Assembly: GCA_965116495.1 (NCBI GenBank)
Contig: OZ220696.1
Coordinates: forward strand, 832,001 to 896,000
Origin: Gammaproteobacteria bacterium
GTDB taxonomy: Bacteria; Pseudomonadota; Gammaproteobacteria; Eutrophobiales; Eutrophobiaceae
Reading direction: 5' to 3'
Length of the DNA stretch: 64,000 bases
Under the pieces are notes generated by a model. That model worked only from the letters and a program-made list of their open reading frames with translations, did not search any database and was not told the origin of the DNA. The position numbers and the translations under genes were made by a program. Shown piece after piece: positions 58,503-64,000 of the stretch. Numbering within the stretch: the first letter of the stretch is position 1; each line of letters opens with the position of its first letter.

Positions 58503-61270
58503 ACTTCAAACACCTTCATCACCTCATCGCCGAAATGGTTAATGACCTTGACGGCAAACCGTCCCGTTGACGGACGCGTAAACGGGCGGGATTTGTCGCG
58601 GTACAAAGTCTCCCAGGCTTCCTTATCGATTTCCGCTTTTAGGCTGGTTTTCAAAGATTTGTAAGGGTCGCCGGCGCCCATGAAATACGCGTGGCGAACA
58701 AAGAAGCTTTCCCTGTTGTAGTCGGTGTCGATAAACCAGGCGGCGATTTCATCTTTGCCGCTTGGGCGCACTTCACTGGTTTTCGGGTCAAATACGTCCA
58801 CTCCCAGAACTTCGACCACGATATTGCCTTCATCATCGAAGTCCCATTCGATATCCGGTTCACCGAAGACGACAAACAGGTTGCCCGATCCGGTATTTTT
58901 CAATTCTTCCGACATATGCAAGTCGGTATTCATCCGTGCTTTCAGGATCGGCAGCGGGCCAAGCTTTGTCAGTTCCGAAGTATGGGCGTCGAAGTTAAAA
59001 CCACAGGCAATCAGAGCATCAAAACGATCGCGTTGGGCTTCACTGGCAGCATTTGCCAGGTCGGACTGCGTAATGGTGCCGTACTCCGGGCCGATGAATA
59101 TGCCGGCCCGTCTTTCGTTACTGCTTTCCGTATAGTGACCGACGGCGGCAATGTATTCTCCAGGCCAACCCTCTATGGTGGAGAAGGTTATCCTGTCTTC
59201 TTTAGCAACCTGTTGAACGCCGGCAGACTTCATATTTTCCAGTACCATCTGCGTAAAATCATTGAGGGGAATGGCCTCACTAACTCCCTCTTGGCCAGTG
59301 TTCTCATCCGAAGCATACGAATAATCGTCATCAGCTGATACCATGCGATGGGGAGATAGGCTTTCCACGGTAAACGGACCGGAAACTCTCACTCTGGTGT
59401 TATCCGTGTATGGCTTATCGTAGAGCGTTTCATAGTCAGCCTTGGCAGCGATGGATGCATCGATCTCCTTTTGTCTGTCAATGCGGGCTTTCCACCATTC
59501 GCTGTGACAGAGTTTAGCTGTCTCCGGCCAACTGTCTTCCTCGTCACGAGGCACCTCCCATTCCTGCCATTCCTGGTGTAGTTCTGCATTGAGTTGTTTA
59601 CGCAAGGGTTCCAGCGTTTCCTGGTATTTTTCCCAGAGCACGTCTATTTCGGCATTGTTGGCAATGGATTTGAGCGTGATGTGGGGCACCCGTTCATAGA
59701 CAAATCCTTGCCGAATATTACCGTAAGTGGGGTCTGATTTGGGTATTGTTTGGGCCAATTCCGCTTCTTTCATTTGGCCTTCCGTGGAATCTCTTAACAG
59801 ATAATAGGGGTAGCGAGCGCCCATAATTCGGGCACGGGCCAGTGCCAGGGCAACGCGTGAGGTATCGATAGTAATCCATCGGCGTCCCCACTGTTCGGCT
59901 ACGTAGGCGGTGGTGCCCGAGCCACAGGTAGGATCGAGGACAAGGTCGCCAGGATCGGTGGTCATAAGGAGGCAACGTTGCACTGTCTTCGTGCCTGTTT
60001 GTACAACATAGATCTTATCGTCTGTGAAGCTTCCAGTACCGGTGTCTCTCCAGAGTTTTGATACTTCTGTTACAGGAAAGTCATCAAGTCGCCGTACGTA
60101 CTGGAGGCTATTTTGTGCAATATGCAATCGATTGGCTTTCTCTAACCTTGATAGACCATTTGTAGTGGTCTTGGACCGAAACCTGTAACTTTTCCCGTCA
60201 AGGTTATACTTGATGTAGGGGTTGCCTTGAGAGGTGATATTGTCTGCTTTATATATAAAATACCCATCTGGAACCTTGTTCTCTGATTTTTCTTCCTTAG
60301 TCATACTCCGGTATTCGCCTCGGGAATCTCGAATCCATGTATAGGTTGATGCGGTTCCATCTTCTCGGTTCTTAGAAAGATAAGGTTGTCTAAACTTAAT
60401 ACAATCAGAGTCCTTGCCGTACCAGAGCAAATAATCGAAACGATCCGCTAAATACTTAGACGATAAACCGCTCGTCTTTACAAATGCCAATTCACCCATG
60501 AAGTTGCTATTTCCAAACACCTCATCCATTACCGCCCGTACCCGGTGAACATTCTCATCCCCAATCTGCACGAATATAGAACCACTCCCCGACAGTAAAT
60601 CTCTTGCCACCGTCAACCGATCGCGCAGGTAGGTCAGGTACGAGTGTATACCATGCTTCCATGTGTCTCGAAATGCCTTCACTTGTTCCGGTTCCCTGGT
60701 AACGTGCTCCATTTTGCTGTCCTTCACATCCCGTGAGCGGGTGGACACCTGCCAGTTGGAATTAAACTTGATGCCGTAGGGCGGATCGATATAAATACAC
60801 TGCACCTTTCCCCGCAGTCCTTCGCGCTCCGCCAGACTTGCCATCACCTGCAGGCTGTCTCCCAGGATCATACGGTTTTGCCAGTTCTGGTCGTGCTGGT
60901 AGAACTCGGTTTTGTCGGCATCCCCCAGGCCGTTGAAATCGGCAAACAGGTCCAGTTCGACAGGTGATTCATCCCGGCGGGAGTCTGCCTGCCGTTTCAG
61001 GTCGTCGATGATCGCCTTGGGATGAATTTTTTCCTGGATGTAGAGGGGTGGCGCTTGCACCACCAGGTCCGACCAGTCCTGTTCGTCCTTGCCGCGCCAG
61101 ACGAGTTGCGGATCCAGGTCTTTATTTCGGCGTTCGTAGCTGACCTGAATTGGAGACTTGTCTGCCTCGTGCAGGGAGGGTTCGTATTCTACGGTGGGAA
61201 TATTCTTTCTCGTGGCTTCCTTGTGAGTAAGAGTTTCTACCTGTTTTGCGGAATGTCGTCTTCTGGGCAT
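58499..61270 (-). CDS. mod: Type III-like site-specific adenine DNA methyltransferase (Mod, beta class)
   Basis: IDPPY (motif IV) precedes LDPTCGSGTT (motif I); long C-terminal extension ending AVKVINHFGDEV. Confidence 0.9.
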   Translation of the reverse strand: MPRRRHSAKQVETLTHKEATRKNIPTVEYEPSLHEADKSPIQVSYERRNKDLDPQLVWRGKDEQDWSDLVVQAPPLYIQEKIHPKAIIDDLKRQADSRRDESPVELDLFADFNGLGDADKTEFYQHDQNWQNRMILGDSLQVMASLAEREGLRGKVQCIYIDPPYGIKFNSNWQVSTRSRDVKDSKMEHVTREPEQVKAFRDTWKHGIHSYLTYLRDRLTVARDLLSGSGSIFVQIGDENVHRVRAVMDEVFGNSNFMGELAFVKTSGLSSKYLADRFDYLLWYGKDSDCIKFRQPYLSKNREDGTASTYTWIRDSRGEYRSMTKEEKSENKVPDGYFIYKADNITSQGNPYIKYNLDGKSYRFRSKTTTNGLSRLEKANRLHIAQNSLQYVRRLDDFPVTEVSKLWRDTGTGSFTDDKIYVVQTGTKTVQRCLLMTTDPGDLVLDPTCGSGTTAYVAEQWGRRWITIDTSRVALALARARIMGARYPYYLLRDSTEGQMKEAELAQTIPKSDPTYGNIRQGFVYERVPHITLKSIANNAEIDVLWEKYQETLEPLRKQLNAELHQEWQEWEVPRDEEDSWPETAKLCHSEWWKARIDRQKEIDASIAAKADYETLYDKPYTDNTRVRVSGPFTVESLSPHRMVSADDDYSYASDENTGQEGVSEAIPLNDFTQMVLENMKSAGVQQVAKEDRITFSTIEGWPGEYIAAVGHYTESSNERRAGIFIGPEYGTITQSDLANAASEAQRDRFDALIACGFNFDAHTSELTKLGPLPILKARMNTDLHMSEELKNTGSGNLFVVFGEPDIEWDFDDEGNIVVEVLGVDVFDPKTSEVRPSGKDEIAAWFIDTDYNRESFFVRHAYFMGAGDPYKSLKTSLKAEIDKEAWETLYRDKSRPFTRPSTGRFAVKVINHFGDEVMKVFEV

Positions 61271-61285
61271 TTGCTGTGGCGTCAG

Positions 61286-61720
61286 TCACTGATTCCGATA
61301 AGCCCTGATTTCATTTCGGACGTCGTCTTCCGTGATGTCATTCTCCAATGTCCGTTTTTTGCCATAGGAATAAATCTCCTCCCACACGGCCTGACGCGAC
61401 GAAAAGTGGTAGACCCCGATCTCAGGCCTGGTTTTTAACATTGATACCACTTTGGGTATCAGTGGTTCCAAATCCTGAACGCGGGTACGGTATGAAACAA
61501 GAACAATGATAGTGACGGGTAGGGTATCCGGATTCTGTTGATATTCCATGCTCCTGTCCGTTGTAACGAGAACATCAAAACCCTGCCGGCTTGCAAGTGC
61601 CAATAATGATCCGTTCTTTATTCCGGCCCAGCCCATTTGAGGCACTGTTCTGATGTAAAATGTATCAGGGAAACTACGGGCCAAACGTCGGGGGACGGAC
61701 TCGTCAAAGAGTAATTTCAT
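61286..61720 (-). CDS. DUF5615/PIN-like toxin with extra C-terminal tail
   Basis: MKLLFDESVP, GWAGIKNG.LL, FDVLVTTD..MEYQQN; overlaps DUF433 gene by 17 bp. Confidence 0.8.
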   Translation of the reverse strand: MKLLFDESVPRRLARSFPDTFYIRTVPQMGWAGIKNGSLLALASRQGFDVLVTTDRSMEYQQNPDTLPVTIIVLVSYRTRVQDLEPLIPKVVSMLKTRPEIGVYHFSSRQAVWEEIYSYGKKRTLENDITEDDVRNEIRAYRNQ

Positions 61721-61949
61721 CTCCCTGATTGGCGAATTGGTCGAGGGCCAATTTGATAGTCTGGATAGCCTGACTACGGGTCACACTGGGAAAATTGTCA
61801 AGAAAATCATCGAGGCGGTCACCTGCTTCAAGGTGTTCCGATAGTATGCGTACAGGTACTCGCGTACCGGCGAAAACAGGCGTTCCTCCCAGGACCTCCG
61901 GGTCACAGGTAACAACCGAATGATATATCTGCGGATTCTGCTTGTCCAT
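61704..61949 (-). CDS. DUF433 family antitoxin
   Basis: DPEVLGGTPVFAGTRVPV, DFLDNFPSV. Confidence 0.9.
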   Translation of the reverse strand: MDKQNPQIYHSVVTCDPEVLGGTPVFAGTRVPVRILSEHLEAGDRLDDFLDNFPSVTRSQAIQTIKLALDQFANQGDEITL

Positions 61950-61956
61950 GACGCCA

Positions 61957-61962
61957 ATTATA
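61957..61962 (-). promoter_or_regulatory. Perfect -10 box 7 nt upstream of the DUF433 ATG (possible leaderless transcript)
   Basis: Minus strand reads TATAAT TGGCGTC ATG, with no Shine-Dalgarno sequence. Confidence 0.45.
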
Positions 61963-62002
61963 GTACAACCAACACCTGTTCAACAATAAAGATATCCTAT
62001 GC

Positions 62003-64000
62003 TCACTGCTTGTCATATTCAGCGTCACCTGTATTATCCCATAGCTTGTTTAATCGCGCTTCCGGCGCGGCCATTGCTGCTTTGGTCAAGTTTATGGACT
62101 CGGTATGGTTAACCATCTCATTGAAGGCTACCTTGATTTTTTCCGTGAGGTCACTTTCCATCGCATAGACATCGGAAAGCTCTGCAAAATCCCAGCGGCC
62201 GAAGCTGCCCAGGTTGTTGACACCGACCAGCCATTGGGTGCGCATGGTCTCAGACTTCAGTTTGACATTTTCGTGCCTGTAGCCTTTGATCTCTACGATC
62301 AAATGCAGGGGATCATCCAGCCCATTTCCGTCATCAATCAAGATGATAAAGTCGGGAATGTAAAGCCGTGCCGTTGAGCCATCCTTGTATGGAACGTCAA
62401 AGCCCAGCCCCTGGTTTTTAACGTAAGAGATTACCTTGGGATGTTGTTCCACCACCCGGGCAAACTCGGCTTCCCAGCCGCTATCGACAACTACGTAGTT
62501 TATATGACACTTGTCCGGTGCCGTCCCATATACCTTTTTGGTCGTATGGAAATTGACATGGGCTGTGGAGGATGCCGGGTTGTAGGGATCAAGCACTGCG
62601 CGAATTCTGTTTTTGTCCGGCATGGCGTCCACCATGGCGTTGTAGATACGCTCACAGGCCTGGTCCGCGATATCCCGGTATTCCAGCATCCACTTACCGG
62701 TGTTGCCTTTGCACTTGAGGTAGCCGCCGTCAATCCACTGGCGAGCGATACGTTTTATATCCCCAAACAGGTGCATTTTGGGTTGTTGGTCTTTGTCCCT
62801 GAAGTACTTGTAAAGCAGGTGTTTGGACAAGTCAAAAGCGATGGTGCTGGGGCGCTTGGCGCGGGCCTCTGCCGCGGAAATTGTCTCGCCTTTGCCGACA
62901 ATTCCCTCCATACGGGTCTCACCCGGACCTACCATCTCCGGAGTCAGTTCCAGTTTCGAGTCTTCAGTGAAATTTGCGCTCAGCTTGTGCCTGGGCAACT
63001 CCACCCGGTATCCGGTGACTCGCGGAAAGGTGATTTCCAACGCCGCACGTTCACGGACGGCGTGAACGTGTGTCCTGGGTGGTGGCGGTGGTGGTGGCGG
63101 TATGGGTGGCTGCTTCGCGGTGAAACTGAACGGAATGCCCATGATGTCGGCGTATTCCACCGGCAGCAGTTCATCGTCATCCAGCTCGTAAGAGTAACGG
63201 CGCAAGCTGCGCCCGACGACCTGCTCGCACAGCAACTGGGTACCGAACGCCCGAATACCGAGGATATGGGTGACCGTATTGGCGTCCCAGCCTTCCGTCA
63301 GCATGGCAACGGAAACCACGCAGCGCACCTGTTCACCCAGGCGGCCCCTCTTGCCGATAGTGTTCATCACTTCGCGCAGCAGTTCCGCATCTGACAGGTT
63401 ATCCGCGCTGCCGGCGCCGTCGCGTATGGCTTTTTCGCGTTTGAACTGTTCGATCTCGAGCGCCGCTGCCTTGCGGAAATTTGTATCCAGCGCCTCGCCC
63501 GATTCAATCTGCTTGCTGTCGATCAGCAGGGTATTGGGGCGGGGCAGACGGTCGCCGTTTTCATCAAAGTTCCGAAACAATGCCAAATGACCATTCTGCG
63601 CGAATACATCTTCACCATCTTCGTCAGGCCGCTGCCAGCCGGATATCCATTCATAGACCAGTCTGGATGTCGTCGTGTTGTTGCAGACCACGATGAATAC
63701 GGGTGGAGTGTCTATGCCGGCCTGCTTCCAGCGCTCGTGGGTTTTCCCATAATGGCTGTACAGTGTATGCAGTGCAGTCTGGAGCTTATCCGGCAAGGCA
63801 AGCGGGTCGCCTCCTGTCTGCCGACCTTTTTTGGGCATGTCCTTACCTATGTGTTTCCAAAGGTCGCGAAAAACCGGAAAGTCTTCGGTCAGGATGTTAT
63901 CGGACACAGGCACCCGGGGCAGTTTGACGATGCCGCACTCGATGGCATCCATGAGGGAAAAATCACTGACTGTCCAGGGGAACAGGGTTCCCTCAGCCCA
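62003..64000 (-). CDS. res: Type III-like restriction endonuclease Res (5' end outside window)
   Basis: Frame open to the window edge; SF2 motifs SVAMLTEGWD and QVVGRSLRR; C-terminal YIPDF...VEIKG PD-(D/E)xK nuclease. Confidence 0.88.
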   Translation of the reverse strand, partial: WAEGTLFPWTVSDFSLMDAIECGIVKLPRVPVSDNILTEDFPVFRDLWKHIGKDMPKKGRQTGGDPLALPDKLQTALHTLYSHYGKTHERWKQAGIDTPPVFIVVCNNTTTSRLVYEWISGWQRPDEDGEDVFAQNGHLALFRNFDENGDRLPRPNTLLIDSKQIESGEALDTNFRKAAALEIEQFKREKAIRDGAGSADNLSDAELLREVMNTIGKRGRLGEQVRCVVSVAMLTEGWDANTVTHILGIRAFGTQLLCEQVVGRSLRRYSYELDDDELLPVEYADIMGIPFSFTAKQPPIPPPPPPPPRTHVHAVRERAALEITFPRVTGYRVELPRHKLSANFTEDSKLELTPEMVGPGETRMEGIVGKGETISAAEARAKRPSTIAFDLSKHLLYKYFRDKDQQPKMHLFGDIKRIARQWIDGGYLKCKGNTGKWMLEYRDIADQACERIYNAMVDAMPDKNRIRAVLDPYNPASSTAHVNFHTTKKVYGTAPDKCHINYVVVDSGWEAEFARVVEQHPKVISYVKNQGLGFDVPYKDGSTARLYIPDFIILIDDGNGLDDPLHLIVEIKGYRHENVKLKSETMRTQWLVGVNNLGSFGRWDFAELSDVYAMESDLTEKIKVAFNEMVNHTESINLTKAAMAAPEARLNKLWDNTGDAEYDKQ

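Noticed and set aside
63079-63110. Poly-proline GGT/GGC run in res as a phase-variation tract
   Set aside because: Imperfect trinucleotide repeat; slippage would keep the frame, so it is more likely a linker.

Overview
Chromosomal segment of a Gammaproteobacterium, judged from gene content and order. It has three zones. (1) 1-13.5 kb is a catabolic patchwork: an LLM oxidoreductase fragment, a three-subunit xanthine-dehydrogenase-family molybdoenzyme, a TonB receptor, an LLM monooxygenase, a hydrolase, a decayed brnT-brnA pair, a TTQ amine dehydrogenase heavy+light pair with no adjacent maturation genes, a Rieske alpha subunit and an OYE flavoprotein. (2) 13.5-47 kb is housekeeping backbone (dksA, queF, smc, ligA, nadB, rpoE-rseA-degP-lepA-lepB-rnc-era-recO-pdxJ, rluC, rne, S49, maf, yceD-rpmF-plsX-fabH-fabD-fabG-acpP-fabF-pabC-mltG-tmk-holB-tatD). 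Its junctions hold at least six families of small palindromic elements, including two copies of a MITE with CAGGG ends and perfect 10-bp target-site duplications. (3) 47-64 kb is accessory and defence DNA: a MetE-fold protein, mhpB, an internally deleted permease, qor, vapBC, an EndoQ-like nuclease, a Rieske alpha subunit, an AAA-DUF4143 protein and a deleted DUF6338-like gene. It ends in a candidate composite defence operon: type III-like Res, a DUF433/PIN toxin-antitoxin pair, Mod, and a translationally coupled RelE-like-domain/UvrD helicase fusion. No rRNA, tRNA or CRISPR array was recognised. Family assignments come from motif recognition by eye; no searches were run.
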